Below the pieces are notes generated by a model. It saw nothing but the letters and a program-made list of their open reading frames with translations, searched no databases and was not told the origin of the DNA. DNA of 64,000 nt from an uncultured delta proteobacterium. Lineage in GTDB: Bacteria; Myxococcota_A; Polyangia; Fen-1088. The stretch lies in the NCBI GenBank assembly GCA_963796685.1, contig CAWCMR010000006.1, positions 64,001-128,000 of the forward strand, written 5' to 3'. Below, piece by piece: positions 20,972-33,359 of this stretch. The translations under genes and the position numbers were made by a program. Each line of letters starts with the position of its first letter. Within the stretch, counting starts at the first letter, position 1.

Positions 20972-21742
20972 TTAGGATCGGCAAAGCCGCGAATAGAGGG
21001 TTTCGTGCAGAGCGCTGGCGATGGCTTGGGCGGGCGCTGTGGCGCCAATATCGTCGTCGGGAAGAGCCTGGGCGCCCGCCACGGCGCCCTCGATGACCGG
21101 CAAGGACCGAGAAAGGATACGCTGAGCCGCTCCTTGGCCGAGGGGACAGAGTCGCGTGGCCGCACCCACCTGGGCTTCGGTCCACGCGAAGGCATATCCG
21201 GTCGCTGCCGAGGTCGCCGGGATCTCCCAACGGACCGCGGCCAGGGCGAACAGGGTGGCGTGGGTGACGTGCGCCGCCGTCAACCAAGCGTGGGCGCCGT
21301 CCACGCCCAGACCGTCGAGAACCCGGGCCAGCGCTCCGCCCAGGTGTCGCTCTTCCGCCTGCAGCTCGGAGCTGCCACGCGAGGCGAAGAGGAGCTCGCT
21401 CCAGCGATGGACGGCGCCGTCGTCCCCGGATGCGAACGCCGCGTGCAAGCGAAGCAGGATGGGAAGATCCAGTCTCCCCAAGGCATTCGACAGCAAACCG
21501 AGAATCCAGGCCTCAGCGGACGCCTCGTCGTTCACCCATGAAAGGGCGATGGCTTGTTCGAGCCCTTGCGAGTAGGCGAACGCGCCGATGGGGAGCGCGG
21601 GGCTGGCGAGGTGCATGAGACGCAGCAGCGGTACGCCCGCGACCCCTGGTGAGAAAGCCGACGCCGGCGCGAGCTCCGCTAGCGCGGCGATGCTAGAGCA
21701 CCGAATGGGTTGAATCGCCGGAGAATTCGATGACCTGCGCAT
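20972..21742 (-). CDS. ureF: Urease accessory protein UreF; ancestral start (21949) separated from the body by an inserted element, ATG 21742 lies inside the element
   Basis: [37 protein letters not shown]. Confidence 0.9.
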   Translation of the reverse strand: MRRSSNSPAIQPIRCSSIAALAELAPASAFSPGVAGVPLLRLMHLASPALPIGAFAYSQGLEQAIALSWVNDEASAEAWILGLLSNALGRLDLPILLRLHAAFASGDDGAVHRWSELLFASRGSSELQAEERHLGGALARVLDGLGVDGAHAWLTAAHVTHATLFALAAVRWEIPATSAATGYAFAWTEAQVGAATRLCPLGQGAAQRILSRSLPVIEGAVAGAQALPDDDIGATAPAQAIASALHETLYSRLCRS

Positions 21743-21938
21743 GTGCAAGCACTTTCATCCCCTCGCCCCGCGTAGCGGGGAGAGGGCTAGGGTGAGGGGC
21801 CGACGTCGAAGATGAAGCGATGCCCCCTCTCCCGCCGCGCTACGCGCGTCGGCCTCTCCCCGCTCGCGCGGGGCGAGGCGAAAGATCTCGGCGCTCGCAA
21901 CTGCTCGAAATTGCCGCTGTTCCAAACCGTTCGGTGTT
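21697..21938. mobile_element. 242-bp MITE flanked by CTAG with internal CCCTCTCCC/GGGAGAGGG palindromic repeats
   Basis: CTAG at 21693-21696 and 21939-21942; terminal IRs AGCACCGAATGGGTTGAA / AACACCGAACGGTTTGGA (14/18); removal restores ureF MSTSIAAL... Confidence 0.82.
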
Positions 21939-22409
21939 CTAGTGCTCATGGCGTTCCTCATGTCCGTGTCCGTGGCTGTATCCGCCGGCCTCGGGTTCGA
22001 AGGGCCGCTGTTCGACGACCACGGCCAGACCGAGCGCGCGGACCATGTCGTCGAGCACGTGGTCGTGCCCATAGGCCAGCCAGTCCGGACCGATCTGCAA
22101 GGGGACGTGCCGGTTGCCCAGGTGGTAGGCGGCGCGAGCCAAGAGGTGGCGATCCGTCGTGTGCGCCACGGACAACGTCTCCGCAATGGCCCTGACCACG
22201 ACCGGCACCCTCTCGTCGTCGTCGCAAAGACAGTCCCCTTCGCGCAGGATCGTTCCCCTGGCAAGAAACACCGCCACTTCGCGCCCATCATCGAGACTGG
22301 CGCGCAGGCGACTTTTTCGCCGAGCCTCGAACGGGAGCGTCAGCGAAGCCATGCCTCTTTCACCCACGAGGGCGGGTCTTGCACCGATCATTCTGCGCAG
22401 ATTCAACAT
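21939..22409 (-). CDS. ureE: Urease accessory Ni chaperone UreE
   Basis: [30 protein letters not shown], His-rich tail. Confidence 0.95.
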   Translation of the reverse strand: MLNLRRMIGARPALVGERGMASLTLPFEARRKSRLRASLDDGREVAVFLARGTILREGDCLCDDDERVPVVVRAIAETLSVAHTTDRHLLARAAYHLGNRHVPLQIGPDWLAYGHDHVLDDMVRALGLAVVVEQRPFEPEAGGYSHGHGHEERHEH

Positions 22410-22421
22410 GGGCCTCGTCCT

Positions 22422-24130
<1,709 letters not shown>

Positions 24131-24134
<4 letters not shown>

Positions 24135-24760
24135 GCGGCCCCCTTGTCGAGGGGCCCCATCACCTCGCCGCGGAATCCCTGCACCACGCGGTCGCCGGAG
24201 AAGGCGCACAGCTCGACGGTCCGGGTTTGTCCGGGCTCGAAGCGTACGGCGGTGCCCGCAGGAATGTTCAGGCGATAGCCGCGCGTCTTCGCTCGGTCGA
24301 AGCGCAGGGCGGGATTGGTCTCGAAGAAGTGATAGTGCGATCCCACTTGGATAGGTCGGTCGCCGGTGTTGGCGACCTCGAGGGTGAGGGTGGCGCGACC
24401 CTCGTTGAGGACGATCTCGCCGGGCGTGGTCGTCACCTCGCCGGGAACGAAATGCGAAGGTTGAATGGGCTGGTGAACCGTGACCAGCTTCGTGCCGTCG
24501 GGGAACGTCGCTTCGACTTGCACCTCGGGGATCAGCTCGGCCACGCCTTCCATCACGTCGTCGGAGCCGAGGAGCTGGGTTCCGTAGGTCATCAAGTCGG
24601 CAACGCTTCGACCGTCGCGTGCGCCTTCCAGAATCGCCGCGGAGATGTACGCCACGGCTTCGGGATAATTCAGCTTCAGCCCGCGGGCCTTTCTGCGCTC
24701 GGCGAGAAGGCCGGCCGCGAAGAGGAGAAGCTTTTCTTGTTCACGAGGAAGTAGGTCCAT
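24131..24760 (-). CDS. ureA: Fused urease gamma/beta subunit
   Basis: [11 protein letters not shown]...[17 protein letters not shown] (gamma) joined in frame to PGE...[15 protein letters not shown]...TAVRFEPG (beta). Confidence 0.95.
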
Positions 24761-24774
24761 GGCTCTCCGACGAA

Positions 24775-25650
24775 TCAGGTTGACCAGATGCGGGGAAGGC
24801 AAACCGGACGACCGATGAGTGTCGGTCGCAAGATGCGCCAAGCCTTCTCGAATAGGATGCGGGCATGCTCGGCGCCGTTTCCGAGGTAGCGAAAGATCAG
24901 GGCGCCACCGACCTCGCTGGCGGAGACGAGCTCACCTTCGTCCACGCGGAGCCCGCGTAACTCGTGCAGCAGGGCTTGTCGGGTTTCGTGGGCCGGGCCT
25001 TCGTCGCTCAATCTCGGCAAAGCCGCAAGCAGTGTCCCGGTAACGGTTGCGCCCCGCAAACCCCAGGTCGCGTCTTGCATGTCGGCTGCGTAGCGCGCCC
25101 GTTCCAGGACCATGGGCCGCCCGTCGCGCCACAGCTCGAAGTGCTGTCGACAAGAGGAGCCGGCGCCGAAACGCTCGCCGCACGCGGGGCGGCCGAGGCA
25201 CAGGATGTCCCAGCCGATGAACGCGGCGGAGCCTGACAATTCGATTCGGGTCGTGAGGTGCGCGCGGGCGCCTTCGAAGAGGATGGTCTCTTGGGGCAGC
25301 CATTCGACGGCCGAGCCCGCTGCCGCTCGAACGGTTTGTACTTGGCGAGAGGTGCGACCGTCGCTGCGATAGATCTTGGTCGCCGCGGGCGAAGTGACGA
25401 GCGCGTGCGCTCCCTCCTCCACCGCGATGTCCAGCCCGAGGGCGTCCCCGGGCACGATTCCGCCGGGGGGATGCAGGATGTACGCGTGGCACACCTTGGG
25501 GCCCTCGGGGAAAAACGGTCGCTGCACCACCAGCGGTCCCTGGTGGCCGCGACGGCGCAGCTCGGTTGCACCCGCCCTGGCGGAGAAGGTCAGCGCCAGC
25601 GACGCCTTCCAAGATGAGGAAGCCGAGACGTCAACCGGCGCTGAATGCAA
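24775..25650 (-). CDS. ureD: Urease accessory protein UreD
   Basis: [52 protein letters not shown]; TTG start with GGGAG RBS inferred. Confidence 0.92.
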   Translation of the reverse strand: MHSAPVDVSASSSWKASLALTFSARAGATELRRRGHQGPLVVQRPFFPEGPKVCHAYILHPPGGIVPGDALGLDIAVEEGAHALVTSPAATKIYRSDGRTSRQVQTVRAAAGSAVEWLPQETILFEGARAHLTTRIELSGSAAFIGWDILCLGRPACGERFGAGSSCRQHFELWRDGRPMVLERARYAADMQDATWGLRGATVTGTLLAALPRLSDEGPAHETRQALLHELRGLRVDEGELVSASEVGGALIFRYLGNGAEHARILFEKAWRILRPTLIGRPVCLPRIWST

Positions 25651-25984
25651 CGGGACGCTCCCAGATGACGAGCACGACGCAGCCCTCGGGACTGCTGACG
25701 TCATGGCTGCTGCCAGGCGGATTGACGACCAGCGTGCCGGCCGCATGGGTGCCTCGGGCATCGACCTGCGCGCCGTGGAGAACGTAGACGTGCTCGTAGC
25801 CTTGATGGCAGTGTCGCGGAATGGTCGCTCCCGGCGCGTATTGCAGCAGGGCCGCCGAGGGGCCGCTATCGCCCTGGCCGTAGAGGCGATGGATGCCCAC
25901 ACCGGGCCGGTAGGGAGCCCAGTCGAAGTCCGGGCTGAGAGCGCGGCGCGAAAGCTCCGAAATGACAAGCGTGTCTCCGTTCAC
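25631..25984 (-). CDS. ChrR-like single-domain cupin
   Basis: [15 protein letters not shown] and NPPGSSH metal-binding motifs; GTG start overlaps the biuH TGA (GTGA). Confidence 0.85.
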   Translation of the reverse strand: MNGDTLVISELSRRALSPDFDWAPYRPGVGIHRLYGQGDSGPSAALLQYAPGATIPRHCHQGYEHVYVLHGAQVDARGTHAAGTLVVNPPGSSHDVSSPEGCVVLVIWERPVAFSAG

Positions 25985-26682
25985 GCGGCTTGCAGGGCCT
26001 CCAGCAAGGCGCCCGAGTCCGAAACGGCACCGAATACGCCATTTTGCATCTTCACCATCTTGAGCGCCGCCAGGTGATTGCCGACGTCGGTGGCGGCGCA
26101 ACAATCGCCGAGCAAGAGGCACTCGTACCCGCGATCGTTGGCCTCGCGCATGGTCGTGTGGACGCAGACGTCGGTGGTGATGCCGGTGAGAACGAGATTG
26201 CGGATGCCGCGCTGGCGGAGAATGAGGTCCAGATCGGTGGCGCAGAACGAGCCCTTGCCGGGCTTGTCGATGATGGTTTCACCTGCCACGGGAGAAAGCT
26301 CGGGGATGATGTCCCAGCCCGGCTCGCCGCGAACGAGCACGCGCCCGCAGGGGCCCGGGTCGCCGATTCCCACGCCGCGGTTGCCGGGCGTCTGGCGCGA
26401 ACGCCAGCGCTTGTTGGCGGGAAGATCGGAGAGATCCGGCCGGTGCCCCTCCCGCGTGTGCAGAACGGGGAAGCCCTTGCTCCGCATCAAGGTCAGCACC
26501 TTGCGGATGGGCTCGATGCAGGCCCGGGTCAGGGAAATGTCGTAGCCGAGCAAATCGATGTAGCCGCCCTTGCCACAAAAATCCGTCTGCATGTCGATTA
26601 CGATAAGCGCGGTATTTTCTCGACCAAGATCGCCATCCCAGGGCCAGGGATAGGGGTCGGCGGGGATGAGCTGTTGTTTCAT
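25981..26682 (-). CDS. biuH: Biuret hydrolase (isochorismatase-like cysteine hydrolase)
   Basis: [54 protein letters not shown]; closely matches the Rhizobium BiuH sequence as recalled. Confidence 0.88.
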   Translation of the reverse strand: MKQQLIPADPYPWPWDGDLGRENTALIVIDMQTDFCGKGGYIDLLGYDISLTRACIEPIRKVLTLMRSKGFPVLHTREGHRPDLSDLPANKRWRSRQTPGNRGVGIGDPGPCGRVLVRGEPGWDIIPELSPVAGETIIDKPGKGSFCATDLDLILRQRGIRNLVLTGITTDVCVHTTMREANDRGYECLLLGDCCAATDVGNHLAALKMVKMQNGVFGAVSDSGALLEALQAA

Positions 26683-26789
26683 GCCAAAGTCCCTTTCCTA
26701 TCGGTCTTCTTGTTCATCGGGGCATCCGTGCATGCGCACGTCAGTTATGATCCGGGCCATGTTTCTCCCAGTTTTCTAAAGACCAAACT

Positions 26790-26885
26790 TGTCGTAAATT
26801 CTCACGCGCTTGCTTCGGCGTTGTTGCGCCGGGGGACAGGAGGCGGCCAAGATTGGCCCCACGCATGTCTTCACCTGTCGTAAAT
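26790..26885. promoter_or_regulatory. Direct repeat TGTCGTAAAT x2 at the biuH/atzF divergent junction (candidate regulator sites)
   Basis: 26790-26799 and 26876-26885 (second copy just inside the predicted atzF start); same 9-mer inverted at 38535-38543. Confidence 0.5.
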
Positions 26886-28715
26886 AGGGAGTGGTTCTGT
26901 CCGGCTTTGGAGGGGGTCGAGACCGGCTACGGCACGCGGCGCTTCTCGCCCACGGAGCTCATCGTGGACATGGTCGAGCGCGCCTCGACCGAGGAAGGCG
27001 CTGGGGTGTGGATTCACCGTGTGGCGAAGGACGACGTGGTCCGGAACATCAGGGACATCGAGGCGCGTCGTGTTGCAGGAGCATCCCTTCCCCTGTTCGG
27101 CGTGCCCTTCGCGGTGAAGGACAACATCGACGTGGCGGGCATGCCGACCACTGCCGCGTGTCCGGCTTTCGCCCATACCCCCAAGCGTTCGGCGGTTGCC
27201 GTCCAGCGTTTGCTCGACGCCGGGGCCATCGTCCTTGGCAAGACCAATATGGACCAGTTCGCGACGGGTCTCGTGGGGACTCGGTCGCCCCATGGGATTC
27301 CACGCAATCCCTTCGACCCTCGCTACATTCCCGGTGGCTCCAGCTCGGGTTCGGCGGTCGCCGTGGCCACCGGCATGGCCACCTTCGCGCTTGGCACCGA
27401 TACGGCGGGCTCGGGCCGGGTTCCTGCGGCCTTCAACAACATCGTCGGGATGAAGCCGAGCCATGGCGCGATCAGCACCACGGGCGTCGTTCCCGCATGC
27501 CGCTCCCTCGATTGTGTATCGGTGTTCGCCTTGTCCTGCAGCGACGCGTGGCGAGTATTCGAAGTCGTCCGTCATTTCGACCCGACCGATCCTTTCGCCT
27601 GTGAATGGCGCGATATTGCATCTCTGGGTGCGAGACCTCGTGGTTCCGCGTTTCGATTCGGACTACCGGACGCCGAACACCTGGAGTTCTTCGGCGACGA
27701 GCTGGCTCGCGCTGCCTTCGCCCAAGCCGTGGAGAGGTTGCGTACCCTGGGCGGTCAAGCGGTTTCAGTCGATTTCTCCCCTTTCCGGGAAGTCGCGCAG
27801 TTGCTCTACGGCGGGCCCTGGGCTGCGGAGCGATTGGTTGCCACGGGCAAAGTCCTGGGTGAATGTCCCGACGCTCTCGACCCCGATGTGAGGGCCATCT
27901 TGCGCGATGCTTGCCGCTTCGAGGCCAAGGATGTCTTTCTCGCCCAGGAGACCTTGCGGCTACTCGACCGGCGTACGCAATCCACCTGGCGCGAGGTCGA
28001 CGTCCTGGTAACGCCCACCGCTCCCACCATCTATACGATCGACCAGATCCGGGCCGAACCACTCGGCCTCAACAGCAACCTCGGCTACTACACCAATTTC
28101 GTGAACCTGCTCGACCTCTGCGCGCTGGCGGTTCCCGCCGGGTTTCGTTCCGATCGGCTACCGTCCGGGATTACGCTGCTCGCGCCCAAAGGGAACGATG
28201 CCGGGTTGGCCATGCTGGGAGCCCGCTTTCATGCTCTCAGCAGCCATAGCGTAGGGGTCTTTCAACGGGCTCCATCCGGGCGCGATGCGCTCCCGACGGT
28301 TGCACCGGAACAGGAAGGCATCTGCATTGCGGTGTTGGGAGCCCATCTCTCGGGAGAGCCGCTCAATCATCAGCTCGTCGACCTGGGGGCGAGCTTCGTG
28401 AGAAGCGCCCGGACCGCATCTCGCTATCGCTTGTACGAGTTGCCGAACACGACTCCACCCAAGCCCGGGTTGGTTCGTTGCGAGAACGACGAGGGGGCCG
28501 CCATCGAGCTGGAGATTTGGCGGATGTCACCCGCGGCCTTTGGCTCCTTCGTCGCTCGCATAGCCGCGCCCCTTTGCATCGGGAGCATCGAGCTGGCCAA
28601 TGGGGAGCGTGTTCAGGGCTTTCTCTGCGAGCACCACGCTGTTGCCCACGCCCGGGACATTTCCCTATATGGCGGCTGGCGCTCGTATCGAAGGTCGTTG
28701 CCAATAGGGCCGTAA
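26865..28715 (+). CDS. atzF: Allophanate hydrolase
   Basis: Amidase signature AVKDNID, GKTNMDQFATGLVGTRSP, PGGSSSGS, DTAGSGRVPA; C-domain GAHLSGEPLN, PPKPGL, GGWRSY. Confidence 0.95.
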   Translation: MSSPVVNREWFCPALEGVETGYGTRRFSPTELIVDMVERASTEEGAGVWIHRVAKDDVVRNIRDIEARRVAGASLPLFGVPFAVKDNIDVAGMPTTAACPAFAHTPKRSAVAVQRLLDAGAIVLGKTNMDQFATGLVGTRSPHGIPRNPFDPRYIPGGSSSGSAVAVATGMATFALGTDTAGSGRVPAAFNNIVGMKPSHGAISTTGVVPACRSLDCVSVFALSCSDAWRVFEVVRHFDPTDPFACEWRDIASLGARPRGSAFRFGLPDAEHLEFFGDELARAAFAQAVERLRTLGGQAVSVDFSPFREVAQLLYGGPWAAERLVATGKVLGECPDALDPDVRAILRDACRFEAKDVFLAQETLRLLDRRTQSTWREVDVLVTPTAPTIYTIDQIRAEPLGLNSNLGYYTNFVNLLDLCALAVPAGFRSDRLPSGITLLAPKGNDAGLAMLGARFHALSSHSVGVFQRAPSGRDALPTVAPEQEGICIAVLGAHLSGEPLNHQLVDLGASFVRSARTASRYRLYELPNTTPPKPGLVRCENDEGAAIELEIWRMSPAAFGSFVARIAAPLCIGSIELANGERVQGFLCEHHAVAHARDISLYGGWRSYRRSLPIGP

Positions 28716-28945
28716 AGATACCGAGAAGGGGTCAAGTTATGCCTTTGCACATGTTACCTACCTTTTGGTGGAACGAAATCCGTCGTTAACATCGCCATTG
28801 TATATTCACACATGTCATCCGAAGTGGGACCCCCAAGGTCCGAATTCAATGGCAACAGCATAGGTAAAGGTACTTTCCAAACAGCGCACACGGCTCAATC
28901 GCAAGCAACCGAGGGCTGCGTGTCAACTAGAGGAGAAAAGAACAC

Positions 28946-30253
28946 ATGCGATTACCCTTCCGACAAGGCGTGTCATTCAAGCTCGTGCTCGTAGGCGGCC
29001 TGGGCGCAGTTGGCTTCATGGTGGCCAGTGCCAGTGCGCAAGAGGCGACGGCGCCCGCTGAAGCGGTACCATCGGCCACGGCGGGCGCGAGCCCCGAACC
29101 GGCCGCGGCCGCTCCGGCTACACCGCCTGCGCCTCCTGCACCCGCGATGCCGGCACCGCCTCCGCCGCCCACGATGCCGCCGCAGCCTCCTCCGGCCATG
29201 GCGGCGCCGTCGATGGCTCCGAGCGTGCCGTTGAAGGAGGAGCCCGTGCCCATCAAGACGGTCTTCGGTCTACGGACATCCGGTCGCATCCAGGGCGGCA
29301 GCGATCCCAAGAAGCTGAACGATGTCAGTCTCGACACGCTTTACCTCGAGGCCCGCTTCAGCGGGGCCGTGGACAAGTACTTCGGATGGCAGGCGAACTT
29401 CAATGGCAACGCCAAGCCGGCGGGAACCAGCGGTCCAGCCAATATCATGGACATGATTCTGAAGATCGACGCCGACGATGCCTTCCACGTGTGGGCCGGC
29501 CGATTGTTGGTGCCGTCGGACCGCTCGAATTTCAGCGGCCCCTTCTTCATGAGCCCCTGGAATTACCCCGGTGTCTATTCCGTCGGTTCTTTGGGAGGAT
29601 TCATCGGTCCCAAGACCGGGGCCACCGGTCGCGACGATGGCGTCGTGGTGTGGGGTCAGGTCCTGAAGGGGAAGGGGAAGTACTTTCTGGGTGCCTTCAA
29701 TCTCGACAATGTCCAGCAAAGTCCCCTCTATTCGGGGCGCATCAACATCGCCCTGCTGGGCGAGGAACCGGGGTTTTGGGGCAGCAGCACCTATTACGGC
29801 GACAAGGATATTGTCGCCATTGGTGGCGCCTACCAATACCAAAAGCACGGTTCGGGGACGATCGATCCGGCAACGCTCGACGGCGACGTCAATTTGAATA
29901 TCGTCATTGGAGACCTTCTGGCGGAGAAGAATCTGCCCGGCGTGGGAACCTTCTCGCTCGAGGGGACATACTACCATTTCGACAAGGGCAATCCGCTCGC
30001 CAAGCAGGCGTTCTATGTTCTGGCCAGCTTTCTCACTGAGGACTACGTGGGCATAGGGAAGCTACAACCCCTGGTCAGGTGGCAGCAAACGTCGCCCCAG
30101 TCTGGAGGCACGAAGATGACCATGCTGGACGCCTTCGTGACCTACGTGATCCACAGCTACGACCTGAAGCTTACGGCAGGGTACCAGCGCACGGATCTTG
30201 GCAACTCGGTGGTGGGCAATGCCATCCAAGTCGGCTTTCAAATACAGGAATAG
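28946..30253 (+). CDS. Outer-membrane porin, FmdC-like (urea/amide), with Pro/Ala-rich N-terminus
   Basis: Signal peptide, HVWAGRLLVPSDRSNFSGP, GRDDG, beta-strand pattern ending QVGFQIQE; directly upstream of urtA. Confidence 0.7.
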   Translation: MRLPFRQGVSFKLVLVGGLGAVGFMVASASAQEATAPAEAVPSATAGASPEPAAAAPATPPAPPAPAMPAPPPPPTMPPQPPPAMAAPSMAPSVPLKEEPVPIKTVFGLRTSGRIQGGSDPKKLNDVSLDTLYLEARFSGAVDKYFGWQANFNGNAKPAGTSGPANIMDMILKIDADDAFHVWAGRLLVPSDRSNFSGPFFMSPWNYPGVYSVGSLGGFIGPKTGATGRDDGVVVWGQVLKGKGKYFLGAFNLDNVQQSPLYSGRINIALLGEEPGFWGSSTYYGDKDIVAIGGAYQYQKHGSGTIDPATLDGDVNLNIVIGDLLAEKNLPGVGTFSLEGTYYHFDKGNPLAKQAFYVLASFLTEDYVGIGKLQPLVRWQQTSPQSGGTKMTMLDAFVTYVIHSYDLKLTAGYQRTDLGNSVVGNAIQVGFQIQE

Positions 30254-30303
30254 ATCAACCCTTCACAAGAAACGATGTTTTTCACTCCACGGGAGGAATT
30301 CCA

Positions 30304-31680
30304 ATGCGTGTTTCGTTGGCAGCAATGACATTGAGCCTGTCGCTCGCTTCGGCGAGCGGATGCAACAAGACCGAGGAGGCGAAACCGGCTGCCATGGAGC
30401 CGGCCAAGCCCGCGGCACCGGCACCGGCACCGGCCGCCGTCGCGGATACCGGACCCATCAAGGTCGGCATCCTTCACTCGCTTTCCGGAACCATGGCCAT
30501 CAGCGAGACCTCTCTCAAGGATGTCGCCTTGATGGCCTTGGAGGAGATCAACGCCTCGGGCGGGTTGCTCGGTCGCAAGATCGAGCCGGTGGTGGTGGAT
30601 CCGGCTTCGAACTGGCCGCTGTTCGCGGAGAAGGCGCGTGACCTGCTTCAGAATCAGAAGGTGGCGGTGGTCTTCGGGTGCTGGACCTCGGTGTCGCGCA
30701 AGTCGGTCTTGCCCGTGTTCGAGGAATTGAACGGCCTTCTCTTCTATCCCGTGCAATACGAGGGCGAGGAGTCGTCGTTCAACGTCTTTTACACCGGCGC
30801 CGCGCCCAACCAGCAAGCCATACCCGCGGTGGAATACCTCATGAGCAAGAAGGGGGGCGGGGCGAAGCGCTGGGTGTTGCTCGGCACGGACTACGTCTAT
30901 CCCCGCACCACGAACAAGATCCTGCGCTACTTCCTGCATTCGAAGGGCGTGTCGGACGACGACATCATGGAGAAGTACACGCCCTTTTCCCACAACGACT
31001 ACCAGACCATCGTCGCCGACATAAAGAAGTTCGCGGCGGGCAAGCGCACCGCGGTGGTCTCGACGATCAACGGCGACTCCAACGTCCCCTTCTACAAAGA
31101 GTTGGTCAACCAAGGGATCAAGGCGGAAGACATCCCGGTGGTGGCGTTCTCCGTCGGGGAAGAGGAGCTGCGCGGCATCGACACCAAGCCGTTGGTTGGA
31201 CAGCTGGCGGCGTGGAACTACTTCATGTCTCTCGACAACCCCGAGAACAAGGCCTTCATCGCGAAGTGGAAAGCCTACGTGAAGAAGAACAACCTGCCGG
31301 GTGGCGACAAGCGGGTGACCAACGATCCGATGGAAGCCACGTACATCGGCATCCAGATGTGGGCCCATGCCGTGGAACAGGCGAAGACCACGCAGGTGGA
31401 TGCCGTCCGCCAGGCCATGGGTTACCAAAAGGTCAAAGCGCCGGACGGTTTCGAGATCGAAATGGACGCCAAGAACCACCATTTGCATAAGCCGGTGTTC
31501 ATTGGCGAAGTAAAGGCCGATGGTCAATTCCACGTGGTGTGGAAGACCGACGGGCCGATCCGAGCCCAGGCCTGGAGTCCGTACATTCCGGACGATGCCA
31601 AGAAGGTTGCCGATTGGACTTACCCCTGGGTTTGCGGCAATTGCACGGAGCCGAAGTACGCAGCTACGGCGGGACTCTAG
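30304..31680 (+). CDS. urtA: Urea ABC transporter substrate-binding protein
   Basis: IKVGILHSLSGTMAISE, GCWTSVSRK, YPVQYEGEE, GAAPNQQ, DYVYPRTTN. Confidence 0.95.
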   Translation: MRVSLAAMTLSLSLASASGCNKTEEAKPAAMEPAKPAAPAPAPAAVADTGPIKVGILHSLSGTMAISETSLKDVALMALEEINASGGLLGRKIEPVVVDPASNWPLFAEKARDLLQNQKVAVVFGCWTSVSRKSVLPVFEELNGLLFYPVQYEGEESSFNVFYTGAAPNQQAIPAVEYLMSKKGGGAKRWVLLGTDYVYPRTTNKILRYFLHSKGVSDDDIMEKYTPFSHNDYQTIVADIKKFAAGKRTAVVSTINGDSNVPFYKELVNQGIKAEDIPVVAFSVGEEELRGIDTKPLVGQLAAWNYFMSLDNPENKAFIAKWKAYVKKNNLPGGDKRVTNDPMEATYIGIQMWAHAVEQAKTTQVDAVRQAMGYQKVKAPDGFEIEMDAKNHHLHKPVFIGEVKADGQFHVVWKTDGPIRAQAWSPYIPDDAKKVADWTYPWVCGNCTEPKYAATAGL

Positions 31681-33357
31681 GTGTGGAGTAGCAGGATAGA
31701 ACTGCCGCTGCGGGCTCGACGCCGGGAGCCTATTCCCGGCGTCGCGTCCCCACGCTGCGCTCGTCGCACCTGGCAAGCGCTGATTGTCATGGTTGCGCTG
31801 ACCTTCACCGCCGAAGCAAGGGCGGCCGAATCGTTGGCGGACACGCTTCGTGGCCTGGCCTCCGACGACGTGGACGCGGTCGGACACACCCTGGACCTGC
31901 TGGCCGGCCGCGGGGATGCCACCGTCGTTCCCGCCATCGAGGCCTTGTGTGACGACCGGCTTCGGGTGGGGGCGAATGGCACGGTCTACTTGAACGCACC
32001 CGGAGAGCACACGCTGCGAGATGCCATCTCGGGTGCGCTCGTCGAGCCGCAGCCTTCGGATACGCGCGAGGTGGACGTCAACAACCAAGTCCGGCGGCTC
32101 GCCCTGCCTGTCTTGGCCCAGCTCAAGCTGAAGGCGCCTCAGGAGACAGCGCGATTGGCCGCAGCCCAGGAGCTCGACGAGAGAGGGAGCGACGAGGCCT
32201 TGCCGGTGCTGCGGTCGGCCTTGCAGCAAGAGAAGAGCGCGCGCGTTCGCGACGCCATCGCCTTGGCCATTGCGCGATTCGACCTGCAAAGCGATGTTCC
32301 CGCGCGCCAGTTGGCGGGCCTGGACGTGGCGAGAGACCTCGGTTCGCCATCGCTCAAAGGCATCCTCGGGCGACTGGCCGCACCCAGCGTCGCGAATGCC
32401 GAGGTCCGCAAAAGGGCCAAGCAAGCCCTGGACGCCATCGACAGCCGCCAGAGGCGGATCGATGTCATCGCGGCGCTGTTTCACGGCCTCAGCCTAGGCA
32501 GCATCTTGCTTCTGGCGGCCCTCGGGTTGGCGGTCACCTTCGGCCTGCTCGGCGTCATCAACATGGCCCATGGGGAAATGCTGATGCTCGGCGCCTATAC
32601 GACCTATGCGGTGCAAATTGCATTCGAGCGATGGCTGCCCGGTGGGCTTCGATTCTACTTGTTGGCCGCCGTTCCGCTGTCGTTCCTCACGACGCTCTTC
32701 GCGGGAGTCGTGCTCGAACGGACGGTGATTCGATTCCTCTATGGGCGGCCCCTGGAGACGCTCTTGGCAACCTGGGGCATCAGCTTGGGGTTGATACAAA
32801 CCGTGCGTCTCGTCTTCGGAGCCCAGAATGTCGCCGTTGCCAACCCGTCATGGCTGAGCGGTGGTTTCGAGATCGCCCACGGCTTAGTCCTGCCCTACAG
32901 CCGCATCGCCGTCATCCTGTTCGCCATCGTCGTGACCGTCGGCGTGTGGGCGCTGTTGCAGCGCACGCGCCTCGGGTTGCAAGTGCGCGCGGTGACGCAG
33001 AATCGCGCGATGTCCGCGTGCCTAGGCATTTCGACCTCACGCATCGACATGTGGATGTTTGGCCTGGGTTCGGGCATCGCAGGGCTGGGGGGAGTCGCGC
33101 TGTCGCAAATCGGCAACGTCGGCCCCGAGCTCGGCCAGACCTACATCATCGATTCCTTCATGGTGGTCGTGGTGGGTGGGGTAGGGCGTCTGGCCGGCTC
33201 CATCGTCGCCTCTCTGGGCCTGGGTGTGGTGAACGAAATCCTCGAACCCTTTGCCGGCGCGGTGCTGGGAAAGATCGCGGTGCTAGTCCTCATCATTCTA
33301 TTCATCCAACGGCGCCCACAGGGGCTCTTCACCCTCAAAGGGCGCATCGAGGCTTGA
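31681..33357 (+). CDS. urtB: Urea ABC transporter permease with N-terminal helical-repeat domain (start uncertain)
   Basis: INMAHGE, LYGRPLETLLATWG, RAVTQNR, GNVGP, QRRPQGLF. Confidence 0.92.
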   Translation: MWSSRIELPLRARRREPIPGVASPRCARRTWQALIVMVALTFTAEARAAESLADTLRGLASDDVDAVGHTLDLLAGRGDATVVPAIEALCDDRLRVGANGTVYLNAPGEHTLRDAISGALVEPQPSDTREVDVNNQVRRLALPVLAQLKLKAPQETARLAAAQELDERGSDEALPVLRSALQQEKSARVRDAIALAIARFDLQSDVPARQLAGLDVARDLGSPSLKGILGRLAAPSVANAEVRKRAKQALDAIDSRQRRIDVIAALFHGLSLGSILLLAALGLAVTFGLLGVINMAHGEMLMLGAYTTYAVQIAFERWLPGGLRFYLLAAVPLSFLTTLFAGVVLERTVIRFLYGRPLETLLATWGISLGLIQTVRLVFGAQNVAVANPSWLSGGFEIAHGLVLPYSRIAVILFAIVVTVGVWALLQRTRLGLQVRAVTQNRAMSACLGISTSRIDMWMFGLGSGIAGLGGVALSQIGNVGPELGQTYIIDSFMVVVVGGVGRLAGSIVASLGLGVVNEILEPFAGAVLGKIAVLVLIILFIQRRPQGLFTLKGRIEA

Positions 33358-33359
33358 GC

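Noticed and set aside
21755-21757. In-frame TGA in the ureF insert as a selenocysteine or readthrough codon
   Set aside because: It lies in repeat-derived sequence, no SECIS-like hairpin is evident just downstream, and UreF has no such residue
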